Assembly: GCA_022794615.1 (NCBI GenBank)
Contig: JAAWFD010000005.1
Span: 1-56,916 of the forward strand
Direction: 5' to 3'
DNA: 56,916 nucleotides
From: Clostridia bacterium
GTDB taxonomy: Bacteria > Bacillota > Clostridia > TANB77 > CAG-508
Shown here: positions 1-9,573 of the stretch, piece after piece
Layout: every line of letters begins with the position of its first letter
Position numbering within the stretch: position 1 is the stretch's first letter
The notes under the pieces: generated by a model
What the model saw: the letters and a program-made list of their open reading frames with translations, nothing else
Told to the model about the DNA's origin: nothing
Databases searched by the model: none
Made by a program: the position numbers and the translations under genes

Positions 1-54
1 TTTAATGTTCTCATTAAAGTCTTTTTCACATTTCTAAAATATTATTTTCTTTTT

Positions 55-1539
55 TTAGAAGTTTTTTTCAAAAAAGACTTGACTTTTGATAGTTGGTCTA
101 TTTAGCACCTTCGCTATTTTTACAAATTCATCTAACATAGCTTCATCCTCCTCTTCATAACCTTGGAGAAATTCACCAGAATTTGCTTCGAACAACAAAT
201 TTGCGGTCTGCGAAACTAGTGCTTCACGGTCAAGAATATTTTCTGTGGCAACAATACTTTCTTCTGTAACAGAGCTTTCTGCATTTGCCCATTTGCTTGA
301 TAAATTGCTTATATAACTGTTATCAAACAAACTACTTACATACTCTGGATTGGTGTCAAATCCAATTTGGCTCCAAACGGTACAAAAGTCCTGATAAATT
401 CCAGGTGCTATATCAAATGCCTCTAAGTTCTTTTCAAATCCTAATTGCTTAGAATCATTTAATAGTTCTGCCATAGTTGCATTATCATATGTTGCAAAAT
501 CGGGTATAGACTCACGAATGATGTCATATGTTTCTCCAACATCTACCCTATTGTTAATGTCATTGACAGCTGTAATGCAACCATCAATGATAGTAGTTAT
601 TACATCTGGGTTTTGCTCCGCAAATGTTTTATCTACCACTAATGCATCTATGATAAGATACTCGGCATCCTTGCTAGAGAACAGCAAGTGGCTTTCCTCA
701 GATCTTAATGCCGAAGTTAAATCCCATGTCGCTACAGCACTTACTTCTCCTCTTACAAAAGCATCAACAGCTTCTTGCGTGGAATTATATAGCTCGAAGT
801 TGTTTATTACAGTATTGACATCAATGTCACTTTGTATATTGAAAAGCCAAAGTAACATTGCTTCTGACACAGAATTTCGCGCCATGCCAATCTTAGCATT
901 TTGTAAAGAGGAAATCGAATTATAGTCGCCGTTAGCTACTATTCCATCGCCTCCTGTTGAGGTATCTGTGATATAAGGAATAATTACTTCTTTGTTTGCA
1001 TCCTGAAGTTCCTTACACACTAACGACATCTTATTGACAGTCATAAAGAAGAAGTCAATTTCACCATTTTTAAAGGCTTCAATGATGACATCATCATCAT
1101 CTTCAATCTTTATACTGACATCTAATCCATTTTCATAGTAATATGAATTTGGACTTGTTTCAAGACCACCATTAGCTACAATAGCTGCTGTATATCCTGC
1201 AAAACTATTACAATAGCCTCTAGCTTTGATAAACCTTTCTGTTACTGTTGGTGTTTCTACAGGTCCAGCAGGTGGTATCGTTGCTGTGTTACCCAGCTGT
1301 TTTTCACTTTCTTCCAGCAAATCGGTTATTGCGGAAGATGGTGTTGATGACTCTTCTTCGATGGGTATTCCTTGAACTTGTTGCTCATGTTGTTCATCAC
1401 TCTGTAAATTGCCTGTTCCCTCCACTTTCTGCTCTAAAGCAGGACCTATCTTCCAGCCTGCTACAAGCAATAGTGCTATTACTATAAGCTCAAGCACTAC
1501 TTTTAATGGTTTCTTTAGTTGCCGTTTTGGTTTTTTCAT
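55..1539 (-). CDS. Membrane-anchored NMT1/THI5-like (SsuA/TauA-type) ABC substrate-binding protein, probably with a truncated C-terminal OmpA-like domain
   Basis: N-terminal TM helix; motifs 'GLDVSIKIEDD', 'DTSTGGDGIVA', 'LLFSSKDAEYLIIDALVV' typical of this SBP family; C-terminus 'ANLLFEANSGEF...LDEFVKIAKVLN' resembles the start of an OmpA domain, then ends in AT-rich sequence; AAAGGAG RBS; visibly more GC-rich than flanks. Confidence 0.7.
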   Translation of the reverse strand: MKKPKRQLKKPLKVVLELIVIALLLVAGWKIGPALEQKVEGTGNLQSDEQHEQQVQGIPIEEESSTPSSAITDLLEESEKQLGNTATIPPAGPVETPTVTERFIKARGYCNSFAGYTAAIVANGGLETSPNSYYYENGLDVSIKIEDDDDVIIEAFKNGEIDFFFMTVNKMSLVCKELQDANKEVIIPYITDTSTGGDGIVANGDYNSISSLQNAKIGMARNSVSEAMLLWLFNIQSDIDVNTVINNFELYNSTQEAVDAFVRGEVSAVATWDLTSALRSEESHLLFSSKDAEYLIIDALVVDKTFAEQNPDVITTIIDGCITAVNDINNRVDVGETYDIIRESIPDFATYDNATMAELLNDSKQLGFEKNLEAFDIAPGIYQDFCTVWSQIGFDTNPEYVSSLFDNSYISNLSSKWANAESSVTEESIVATENILDREALVSQTANLLFEANSGEFLQGYEEEDEAMLDEFVKIAKVLNRPTIKSQVFFEKNF

Positions 1540-1564
1540 AATACTCCTTTCTTTACTGTGGTAA

Positions 1565-1580
1565 TATCCTTATAAGGATA
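1565..1580. promoter_or_regulatory. Perfect 16-bp palindrome TATCCTTATAAGGATA, candidate operator
   Basis: Lies between the predicted promoter and the RBS of the SBP gene. Confidence 0.4.
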
Positions 1581-1604
1581 CTAATTATGTTGTTTACATT
1601 ATTT

Positions 1605-1633
1605 ATTATACTTCGATTGTATAATTATGTCAA
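1605..1633 (-). promoter_or_regulatory. Consensus sigma-A promoter for the SBP gene
   Basis: TTGACA (1633-1628), 17 bp, TATAAT (1610-1605) on minus strand. Confidence 0.75.
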
Positions 1634-1694
1634 TTATTTTTGTCAAATAAAAAAGAATAGAATCTAAATGTTTCCTACTCTTACTTAATTTATT

Positions 1695-1955
1695 TTAATT
1701 ACATTTCTTTAATGCAACTAATAATTCACTTGATTCTACTTGTGTTACCTCTCCTTTATAGCTATAGTTTTCTCCTGTTTTATATACAGTATATCCTAAA
1801 TTTTCTAATCTTTGCTTTATCAAATATTCTATTCCACTTAACTCATGCATACTTAAGTTTTCTTTTACTACTAATTCGAAAAAAGTTATTACTACCTTTT
1901 CTTCATTTTCATAAATTTTCTCATCTATTATATTATTTAAATCTATTAATGTCAT
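1695..1955 (-). CDS. Hypothetical protein (86 aa)
   Basis: GAGG RBS, own consensus promoter, globular-looking sequence; no family recognised. Confidence 0.7.
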   Translation of the reverse strand: MTLIDLNNIIDEKIYENEEKVVITFFELVVKENLSMHELSGIEYLIKQRLENLGYTVYKTGENYSYKGEVTQVESSELLVALKKCN

Positions 1956-2008
1956 ATTTGTTTTCCTCTTTTTTATATTTTAATTTCTCTCTTTAACTTT
2001 ATATGATA

Positions 2009-2037
2009 ATTATAACACCTACTTTATCTAATGTCAA
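2009..2037 (-). promoter_or_regulatory. Consensus sigma-A promoter for 1695..1955
   Basis: TTGACA (2037-2032), 17 bp, TATAAT (2014-2009). Confidence 0.7.
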
Positions 2038-2160
2038 TTGTTACAATTTTCTTTATAATTACCTTATATTGGCTATTTTTCTATTTTTTTATTATTTAGT
2101 TTTTTCAAAAAATAAATATTTTTTTGTGTTTTGGATATTCTAAAAAAAAGGAGAATTAAA

Positions 2161-2442
2161 TTGGGAACAATAGTAAATTTGTATAGTACAAAAAAGGGTG
2201 AATTAAATAGATTTTTAAGTAGCTTTTTTAATACCGAAATGGAAATATATAATAAACTAAGTTGGCAAAAAAGCTATAATAATCCTATTGAAGTTACTGA
2301 CTTAATAGGGGTTTATGTAGATAATTATGATAATTATTCTATTAACTTATGGATTTGTTTAGATAATAATGTTTATATAAATGTTTCTGAAAAAAATGCT
2401 GATGCTTTAATAAGATATATATATGAGAGGTATCCATCATAA
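2161..2442 (+). CDS. Hypothetical protein
   Basis: In frame with ORF 2131..2442; AAAGGAG about 7 nt before TTG at 2161 suggests that start. Confidence 0.6.
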   Translation: MGTIVNLYSTKKGELNRFLSSFFNTEMEIYNKLSWQKSYNNPIEVTDLIGVYVDNYDNYSINLWICLDNNVYINVSEKNADALIRYIYERYPS

Positions 2443-2571
2443 TATAATTATATCTAATTTTTATTAGATTCACTTTTTTACTAGCTGGGGTGGATAATCG
2501 CAACATTGGGTATCTATTTGTTTTTGATATACACTTTATTATATTTGTAGTATTATATGTTTTTATAAAAG

Positions 2572-2621
2572 TAGCTTTTTTACTAGTGAGCGGGAATTCT
2601 CACCCACTAGCAAAAAAGCTA
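2572..2621. repeat. GC-rich palindrome / bidirectional terminator between convergent genes; core repeated at 15261
   Basis: Arms TAGCTTTTTTACTAGTG / CACTAGCAAAAAAGCTA (one mismatch) around AGCGGGAATTCTCACC. Confidence 0.7.
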
Positions 2622-2647
2622 TTTTTATTAAAATAATATATAAATAT

Positions 2648-3139
2648 CTATTCATTACTTTCTGTTTCTTCACTATTATTTGCTTCTACTGTCTCATTAT
2701 TTTCTACTTCTTCATTTACTGTCTCGTTAGATATTTCTATATTTTCTACAATTTCTACTTCTTTTACTTCTTCTACAGTTTGCTCTGCACCACAATGTAG
2801 GCAAAATTTTGCATCTTTTTCAATCTCTGCAAAACATTTTATACATTGCTTTTTGTCATTTAATAATCTTATTTCATTTAAGCAATTTTCGATTTCTGCT
2901 GAAAGTACATCTATTCTTGTAATTTCTTCTTCTAAGTAAGTTTCTATGTTTATCTCTTCTTTTAAAGTATGTTTTTCATATACTTTTTTACCAATTTCTT
3001 CATATAAATCACTAATTTTAGATTTACTGTCATTCATCTTCATTTTTAACTTTGCTTCTCTTGTTAATTTGTTAGTTTTTTCACTTACCCCTTTGTATGT
3101 TTCACTAGCCTTTTTACTTAATTTATTAAAAAAATCCAT
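2648..3139 (-). CDS. Zinc-ribbon domain protein with coiled-coil N-terminus
   Basis: CxxC...CxxC (CIKC, CLHC) after a helical segment; acidic tail; GGAG RBS. Confidence 0.8.
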   Translation of the reverse strand: MDFFNKLSKKASETYKGVSEKTNKLTREAKLKMKMNDSKSKISDLYEEIGKKVYEKHTLKEEINIETYLEEEITRIDVLSAEIENCLNEIRLLNDKKQCIKCFAEIEKDAKFCLHCGAEQTVEEVKEVEIVENIEISNETVNEEVENNETVEANNSEETESNE

Positions 3140-3254
3140 ATTTTCCTCCTTTAAAAGTATTTTTACTATTATGCGTTATATTTATTATAAATAAAATATG
3201 CAAAATTATTCTTAATTCCACGCTATTGTATATTTGTTTTTATTAAGTTTCTTA

Positions 3255-4238
3255 TTATTCCTCTTTTTTATCTCTAGTCATTAATATTTGTAATGCTTCT
3301 TCTGGTTTTATTTCTCTATTTAATACTTTATAAACTGTTTCAACTATAGGCATTTCTACACTATGAATTTTTCCTAATTTATATGCAACTTCTATATTGT
3401 CTACACTTTCTATCGTCATCCCAACTTGTTGTTTTGTTTCTTCTAATGTATATCCTTGTGCAATTAATCTTCCTGCTCTTCTATTTCTGCTATGCTCGCT
3501 TAAACATGTTACTATTAAATCTCCTAAACCACTTAATCCATAAAATGTCTCTCTTTCTCCTCCAAGCTCTACTCCTAGTCTGCTTATTTCTACTAATCCT
3601 CTTGTTATTAATGCTGCAAATGAATTGTCTCCTAGTCCTAAACCTGATGCAACTCCAGCACAGAATGCTATTATGTTTTTTAATGCGCCTCCAAGTTCTA
3701 CTCCTTTTACATCATTTGATGTATATATTCTCATTTTTTCACACATAAATGTGTCTTGTATTAATTTTTGTACTTCTTTATCTTTCGATGCTATAACTAA
3801 TACAGTAGTCATTAAAAATGCAACCTCTTCTGCATGACTTGGTCCTGATAATACTCCTATTTTTGTATTTGGCATTTCTTGTTGAAATATTTCATCTAAT
3901 GTTGATAATGTTTCGCTTTCAAATCCCTTTGAACATATTATAACTGGTTGATTTGTTACATATTGTTTGTAGTCTTTTAATGTACTTCTTGTAAATTTTG
4001 ATGGTGTAACATGTAATATAAAGTCTGTTCCTTCTATTGCTTCTTTATATGATGTTGTACATATTACTTTTTCTGGTATTAGAGCATCTGGTATGAATTT
4101 GCACTTTTTTTCATTGTTTATCATATCTGCTTCTTCTTGCATAAATGACCATATCCTTACTTCATTCCCTAAACTTGCTAAGTGTATTGCAAGTGCTACT
4201 CCCCAGCTTCCACTTCCTATTATTCCTATTTTTTTCAT
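3255..4238 (-). CDS. gpsA: NAD(P)H-dependent glycerol-3-phosphate dehydrogenase
   Basis: GSGSWG Rossmann motif, 'SKGFE', 'LSGPSHAEEV', 'GGALKNIIA', 'GLSGLGDLIVTC...SRNR'. Confidence 0.97.
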   Translation of the reverse strand: MKKIGIIGSGSWGVALAIHLASLGNEVRIWSFMQEEADMINNEKKCKFIPDALIPEKVICTTSYKEAIEGTDFILHVTPSKFTRSTLKDYKQYVTNQPVIICSKGFESETLSTLDEIFQQEMPNTKIGVLSGPSHAEEVAFLMTTVLVIASKDKEVQKLIQDTFMCEKMRIYTSNDVKGVELGGALKNIIAFCAGVASGLGLGDNSFAALITRGLVEISRLGVELGGERETFYGLSGLGDLIVTCLSEHSRNRRAGRLIAQGYTLEETKQQVGMTIESVDNIEVAYKLGKIHSVEMPIVETVYKVLNREIKPEEALQILMTRDKKEE

Positions 4239-4310
4239 TGCGTTTCCTTATATATATATTTAGGTTTTATGGTTTTACCTATAAACCTTTACTTGAATTT
4301 GTATATAGTT

Positions 4311-4943
4311 TTATTTTTTACTAAAACTTAATTTATTTTCTGTTCCACTTAATATTCTCTTTATATTAGTTCTATGATTAAATGCAACAATTAATGCTAA
4401 TATTACACTAAATACAAAATATCCTGTTCCTTCTGATACTGTAAAATTTGTATCTATAAATAAAATTAAAATTGGATATAGTATTGCTGCCCCAACAGAT
4501 CCTAATGATACCATTCTTGTTAATGCTATTAATACTAATGCAAATACTAAACATATTAATCCTATTTTCCAGTTAATCATTAATAACACACCTAAAGATG
4601 TTGCTACTCCTTTTCCTCCTTTAAACTGAAAGAATATTGGAAATGTGTGTCCTAATACTACTAATAATGCTGAAATTTGTACTAATAACGCTCTATCTAA
4701 GTCTTGCCATATTGCTCCTATTATTATTGCGATGGCTATTGCTACTATTCCTTTTAGTATATCACATACTAATGTTACTAGTGCTGCTGATTTCCCTACA
4801 GAACGTAACATATTCGTAGTTCCTGCATTTCCACTTCCTTTTTGTCTTACATCAAATCCTGCCATTCTTTTACTTATTATAATTGAAAAATTTACACTTC
4901 CTATTAAATAAGCTATTATTGCTATTATTATATATGCTATCAT
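4311..4943 (-). CDS. plsY: Glycerol-3-phosphate acyltransferase PlsY
   Basis: 'GSGNAGTTN', 'GHTFPIF..FKGGKGVAT', 'HRTNIKRI..GTE'. Confidence 0.97.
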   Translation of the reverse strand: MIAYIIIAIIAYLIGSVNFSIIISKRMAGFDVRQKGSGNAGTTNMLRSVGKSAALVTLVCDILKGIVAIAIAIIIGAIWQDLDRALLVQISALLVVLGHTFPIFFQFKGGKGVATSLGVLLMINWKIGLICLVFALVLIALTRMVSLGSVGAAILYPILILFIDTNFTVSEGTGYFVFSVILALIVAFNHRTNIKRILSGTENKLSFSKK

Positions 4944-4968
4944 TTTACCCTCCTAATTTTTTAATTAA

Positions 4969-6303
4969 TTAAATTTCAAATTCTTTTTCTCCTTTTTCTC
5001 TTGCTATCATTCTTATTGGTGTTCCTTCTAAACCAAATTCTTTTCTTATTTGATTTATTAGATATCTTTCATATGAAAAATGAAATAATTCTTTATTGTT
5101 TACAAATATTACAAATGTTGGTGGCTTCGTAGATACTTGTGTTCCATATAGTATTTTTAATCTCTTTCCTTTATCTGTTGGTGGCTGTACTATTGCAATT
5201 GCTTCATTTATTACTTGATTTAATACTGATGTTGATATTCTTATCGCATTTTGTTCTGCTACATGGTTTATTAGTTCAAATAGTTTCTCTACTCTTTGTC
5301 CTGTTTTTGCTGATATAAATAGTATTGGTGCATATGATAAATATGCTAGTTTATTATATATTTCTTTTTTATATTTTTCTAATGTTCCTGTTTCTTTTTC
5401 ATATTCGTCCCATTTATTTACTACAATTATTACACCTTTTCCTGCTTCGTGTGCTTCACCTGCTATTTTTGCGTCTTGGTCTGTTACTCCTTCTAATGCA
5501 TCAATTAGCATTAAGCATACATCTGCTCTTTCTATTGCTAGAAGTGTTCTCATTATACTAAATTTTTCTATCGATTCTGTTACTTTGCTTTTTTTCCTTA
5601 TTCCTGCTGTATCTATAAATACATATTTCCCTTTATCATTACTAAATTCGGAATCTATCGCGTCTCTTGTTGTTCCTGCTATATCACTTACTATGTTTCT
5701 ATTGTTTCCTAATATTTTGTTTATTAGTGATGATTTTCCTACATTTGGTTTTCCTATTACTGCTACTTTTATTTGCTTGTTTTCTTCTTCTGTTTCTTCT
5801 TTCTCTGGGAAATGTTCATATATTGCGTCTAATACATCTCCTATTCCTGTTGCATTTGTTGATGATATTAGATATGGCTCTCCTATTCCCAAATTATAAA
5901 ATTCATATGAATCTTGCTTTGCTTTTTCATAGTTGTCTGCTTTATTGCATACTAGAACTATTGGTTTTTTTGATTTTTTTAGCATTAATGATATTTCTTC
6001 ATCTGCTGGTGTTATTCCTTGTCTTATATCTGTTAAAAATATTATTACATCTGCCATTTCTATTGCTATTTGTGCTTGTTCTCTCATCTGTGATATTATT
6101 ATATCCTCTGATTTTGGTTCTATTCCTGCTGTGTCTATTATTGTGAATTCTCTTCCTCTCCAGTTTGTTTTTGCATATATCCTATCTCTTGTTACTCCTG
6201 GCGTGTCTTCTACAATTGATATTCTCGTTCCTACTATATAATTGAAAAATGTTGATTTTCCTACATTCGGCTTTCCTATTATCGCTACTATTGGTTCTGA
6301 CAT
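4969..6303 (-). CDS. der: Ribosome biogenesis GTPase Der (EngA)
   Basis: Two GTPase domains (GKPNVGKS twice; DTAG; NKAD/NKWD) plus KH-like tail. Confidence 0.98.
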   Translation of the reverse strand: MSEPIVAIIGKPNVGKSTFFNYIVGTRISIVEDTPGVTRDRIYAKTNWRGREFTIIDTAGIEPKSEDIIISQMREQAQIAIEMADVIIFLTDIRQGITPADEEISLMLKKSKKPIVLVCNKADNYEKAKQDSYEFYNLGIGEPYLISSTNATGIGDVLDAIYEHFPEKEETEEENKQIKVAVIGKPNVGKSSLINKILGNNRNIVSDIAGTTRDAIDSEFSNDKGKYVFIDTAGIRKKSKVTESIEKFSIMRTLLAIERADVCLMLIDALEGVTDQDAKIAGEAHEAGKGVIIVVNKWDEYEKETGTLEKYKKEIYNKLAYLSYAPILFISAKTGQRVEKLFELINHVAEQNAIRISTSVLNQVINEAIAIVQPPTDKGKRLKILYGTQVSTKPPTFVIFVNNKELFHFSYERYLINQIRKEFGLEGTPIRMIAREKGEKEFEI

Positions 6304-6319
6304 CTTTTTTTCTCCTTGT

Positions 6320-7264
6320 CTATTTTGTTTTGAATAAATCCCCTAATGGTCTTGATTCATTTAATCTTCTTATTGTTTCTGCAAATAGTGGTGCTATTGA
6401 TATTACTTTTATTTTGTCTATTTGCTTCTCTTCTGTTAATGGTATAGTATCTGTTATTACTAATTCTTGTATTGGTGAATCTTGTATTCTTTGTACTGCA
6501 TTTGCTGCTAATACCCCATGTGTACATCCTGCATATATTTCTTTTGCTCCTTCTCTAGCTAAAATATTTGCTGTTTCTATTAATGAGCCCCCTGTTTCTA
6601 CTTCATCATCAAATATTATTGCTTGTTTTCCTTTTACTGTTCCTATTACATTTGTTGCTATTGCTCTATCATCATTTCCTTCTCTTCTTTTATCTATTAA
6701 TGCTATTGGACATCCAAAGTATTCTGAATATTTATATGCTTTTTTTGAACTTCCTGCATCTGTTGCTACTATTACCATATTTTGTAAATTCTTCTTTTTA
6801 AAGTAATCTTGTAATATTCCTTGTGCTGTTAGTCTGTCACAATTTATATTAAAATATGCTTGTATTGCTGGATTGTGTAAATCACAACTTATTACTCTTG
6901 TTGCTCCTGCTGCTTCTAATAGTTGTGCCATTAATTTGGCTGTTACTGGTATTCGTGGTTGGTCTTTTTTGTCTGAACGAGAATATATGTAATATGGTAA
7001 TACTACATTGATATTTTTTGCTGAGGCTCTTTTTAGTGCATCTATTGTTATTAATAATTCCATTACTCTTTCATTTACTGGTGGTTGTGTTGTTTGTACT
7101 AAATATACATCTTGCCCTCTTACTGTTTCTCCTATCTGTACAAATGTGTTGTCGTTTTTGAATTTTATCGTATTTATTTTTCCCATTTCTATTTTTAGAT
7201 GATTGCATATTTTTTGTGTAAATGTTTCTGCACTTTTGCAAGCAAATATTTTGATATTTTCCAT
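6320..7264 (-). CDS. prs: Ribose-phosphate pyrophosphokinase
   Basis: 'LKRASA..INVVLPYY.YSRSDKK..PR.P.TAKL', 'DLH', PRPP-loop variant 'DDEVETGGS', 'THGVL'. Confidence 0.92.
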   Translation of the reverse strand: MENIKIFACKSAETFTQKICNHLKIEMGKINTIKFKNDNTFVQIGETVRGQDVYLVQTTQPPVNERVMELLITIDALKRASAKNINVVLPYYIYSRSDKKDQPRIPVTAKLMAQLLEAAGATRVISCDLHNPAIQAYFNINCDRLTAQGILQDYFKKKNLQNMVIVATDAGSSKKAYKYSEYFGCPIALIDKRREGNDDRAIATNVIGTVKGKQAIIFDDEVETGGSLIETANILAREGAKEIYAGCTHGVLAANAVQRIQDSPIQELVITDTIPLTEEKQIDKIKVISIAPLFAETIRRLNESRPLGDLFKTK

Positions 7265-7472
7265 ATTATACCTCTTTTCTTATTTTTATATTTCTAGATT
7301 TCGTTTTTGCTTCTTTTTCGATATTATTCTATAATATGTTCTTATAAATTGCAAGATTATTATTTGTTTTTATTTAGAAATTAATAAATTTCAAAAATTA
7401 TCGTAATAGTGTTCCTTTTTTATTGTTTTTTTAATATAATACAAATATCTTATTATAAAGGAGATGGAATAT

Positions 7473-8456
7473 ATGAAAACATATAAATTAGCTATTGTTG
7501 GTGCTACTGGATTAGTAGGAAGAACAGTTTTAAAAGTTTTAGAAGAAAAAAATCTGCCTAATTTTGAATACACAATGTTTTGTTCAAAAAAATCAGCAGG
7601 TCAAGAATTAACTTTACTAGGTAAAAAGTATATTACACAAGAATTAACTCATTCATCTTTTGATGAAAAATTTGATTTTGCAATCTTTTCTGCTGGCGGA
7701 GATGTATCAAAGGAATTTGCTCCTATTGCAGCTTCTAAAGGATGTATTGTTATAGATAATAGTAATGCTTTTAGAATGGATAAAGATGTTCCTTTGGTTG
7801 TGCCTGAGGTAAATCCTGAAAAAATCAAAGAAAATAAAGGCATTATTGCAAATCCAAACTGTTCTACAATTCAAGCAGTAGTAGCTCTAAAACCTTTACA
7901 TGATGCATATAAAATAAGAAGAATTGTTTATTCTACATATCAGGCTGTTTCAGGTGCTGGTATAAAAGGTCTTGAGGATTTAGAAAATGGTTCAAAAGGA
8001 TTACTTCCTACAAAATTTCCACATCCTATATATAATAATTGCTTACCACATATAGATGTATTTATGGATGATGGTTATACTAAAGAAGAACATAAAATGA
8101 TTAATGAAACTAGAAAAATTTTAAACTGCCCTGATTTAAAAATCACTGCTACTACTGTAAGAGTTCCTGTTCAGAACTGTCATAGTGAAGTAATAAATAT
8201 TGAATTTGAAAATGAATTTGAATTACAAAATGTTTTTGATTTATTTAAAAATTTTCCTGGTATTGTTCTTGTTGATGATGTAAAAAATAACGAATATCCA
8301 TTAGCTACGAATAGTGATGGTCATGATGAAGTTTTTGTTGGAAGAATTAGGCGTGATTATAGTGTACAAAATGGTTTAAATATTTGGGTTGTTGCTGACA
8401 ATCTTAGAAAAGGTGCTGCAAGTAATGCTATTCAAATAATGGAGAAGATGATTTAA
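7473..8456 (+). CDS. asd: Aspartate-semialdehyde dehydrogenase
   Basis: 'GATGLVG', 'IIANPNCST', 'STYQAVSGAG', 'WVVADNLRKGAASNA'; AAGGAG spacing favours ATG 7473. Confidence 0.97.
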   Translation: MKTYKLAIVGATGLVGRTVLKVLEEKNLPNFEYTMFCSKKSAGQELTLLGKKYITQELTHSSFDEKFDFAIFSAGGDVSKEFAPIAASKGCIVIDNSNAFRMDKDVPLVVPEVNPEKIKENKGIIANPNCSTIQAVVALKPLHDAYKIRRIVYSTYQAVSGAGIKGLEDLENGSKGLLPTKFPHPIYNNCLPHIDVFMDDGYTKEEHKMINETRKILNCPDLKITATTVRVPVQNCHSEVINIEFENEFELQNVFDLFKNFPGIVLVDDVKNNEYPLATNSDGHDEVFVGRIRRDYSVQNGLNIWVVADNLRKGAASNAIQIMEKMI

Positions 8457-8556
8457 TTTTATCTGTACAAATAATTGTGAAAATGATATAATTCAAACAT
8501 AATTATCGTTTTCAAATTTGAATATGATATCATATATTGAAAGGATTGAATGCCTT

Positions 8557-9444
8557 ATGAAAAAAACTATTTTTACTGGTTGTGGAACTGCAATTGCCAC
8601 ACCATTTGATGATAATGGAGTTAATTTTAAAGAATTGCAAAAATTAATTGAATTTCAAATATCGGAAGGAGCAGATGCTTTAGTAGTATGTGGTACTACT
8701 GGAGAATCCTCAACTATGAGTTTTGAAGAAAAATGTGATACTATTAAATTTGCTACTCAAATTTCTAATGGTAGAATTCCTATTATTGCTGGTACTGGTG
8801 GAAATAACACTAAAGAAGTTATTAAGATGTCAAAAAAGGCTGAAGAACTTGGTGTAGATGCATTATTAATTGTTACACCATATTATAATAAAACTACTCA
8901 AGCTGGTTTAGTTGCACATTATAATGCTGTTGCTAAAGAGGTATCTTTACCTATTATTTTATATAGTGTTCCTTCTAGAACTGGTGTCAATATTACACCT
9001 GAAACTTGCTTAGAATTATCTAAAATAGAAAATATAGTGGCTATTAAAGAAGCTAGTGGCAATTTGTCACAAATTGCTGATATCGCTCATCTTTGTGGTG
9101 ATAATCTTGATATCTATTCTGGAAATGATGACCAAATTTTACCTATTTTATCTCTTGGAGGAAAAGGTGTTATTTCAGTTTTATCAAATATTTATCCTAA
9201 ACTTACTCATAATATTGTCTCTAATTTTTTGGATGGTAATTTGGAAAAAGCTAAATCTTTGCAATTAGATGCATTGCCTTTAATTCATTCATTGTTTTCA
9301 GAAGTTAACCCTATTCCAGTTAAAGCTGGTCTTAATATGATTGGTTTTGATTTTGGTATTCCTCGTCTTCCTTTAGTTGAAATGACTGAGAATAAAAAAG
9401 TGGTTTTGAAAAACGAGATTGATAGGCTTAAAAATGTAGATTAA
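8557..9444 (+). CDS. dapA: 4-hydroxy-tetrahydrodipicolinate synthase
   Basis: 'GTTGES', 'PYYNK', 'LYSVPSRTG', 'AIKEASG', 'YSGND', 'NPIPVK'; start 8557 chosen from RBS. Confidence 0.97.
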   Translation: MKKTIFTGCGTAIATPFDDNGVNFKELQKLIEFQISEGADALVVCGTTGESSTMSFEEKCDTIKFATQISNGRIPIIAGTGGNNTKEVIKMSKKAEELGVDALLIVTPYYNKTTQAGLVAHYNAVAKEVSLPIILYSVPSRTGVNITPETCLELSKIENIVAIKEASGNLSQIADIAHLCGDNLDIYSGNDDQILPILSLGGKGVISVLSNIYPKLTHNIVSNFLDGNLEKAKSLQLDALPLIHSLFSEVNPIPVKAGLNMIGFDFGIPRLPLVEMTENKKVVLKNEIDRLKNVD

Positions 9445-9490
9445 TTTAATAAATAAAGTTTATATATTATTATATATTTTTTCAAGAGTT

Positions 9491-9534
9491 CTAATTTCCC
9501 AGGCAACGGTAATCACCGTCGCCTGGGAAATTAG
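9491..9534. terminator. Strong bidirectional hairpin between convergent dapA and gerW
   Basis: CTAATTTCCCAGGC / GCCTGGGAAATTAG 14-bp arms plus inner ACGGT/ACCGT. Confidence 0.8.
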
Positions 9535-9573
9535 TTAAAATTAAAAATTAATACATTACTATTTTTAATATAA

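Noticed and set aside
9491-9534. CCAGGCAAC.GTAA..GCCTG resembles purine-riboswitch P3
   Set aside because: No P1/P2 or UUUCUAC core, and it lies between convergent 3' ends; better explained as a terminator.
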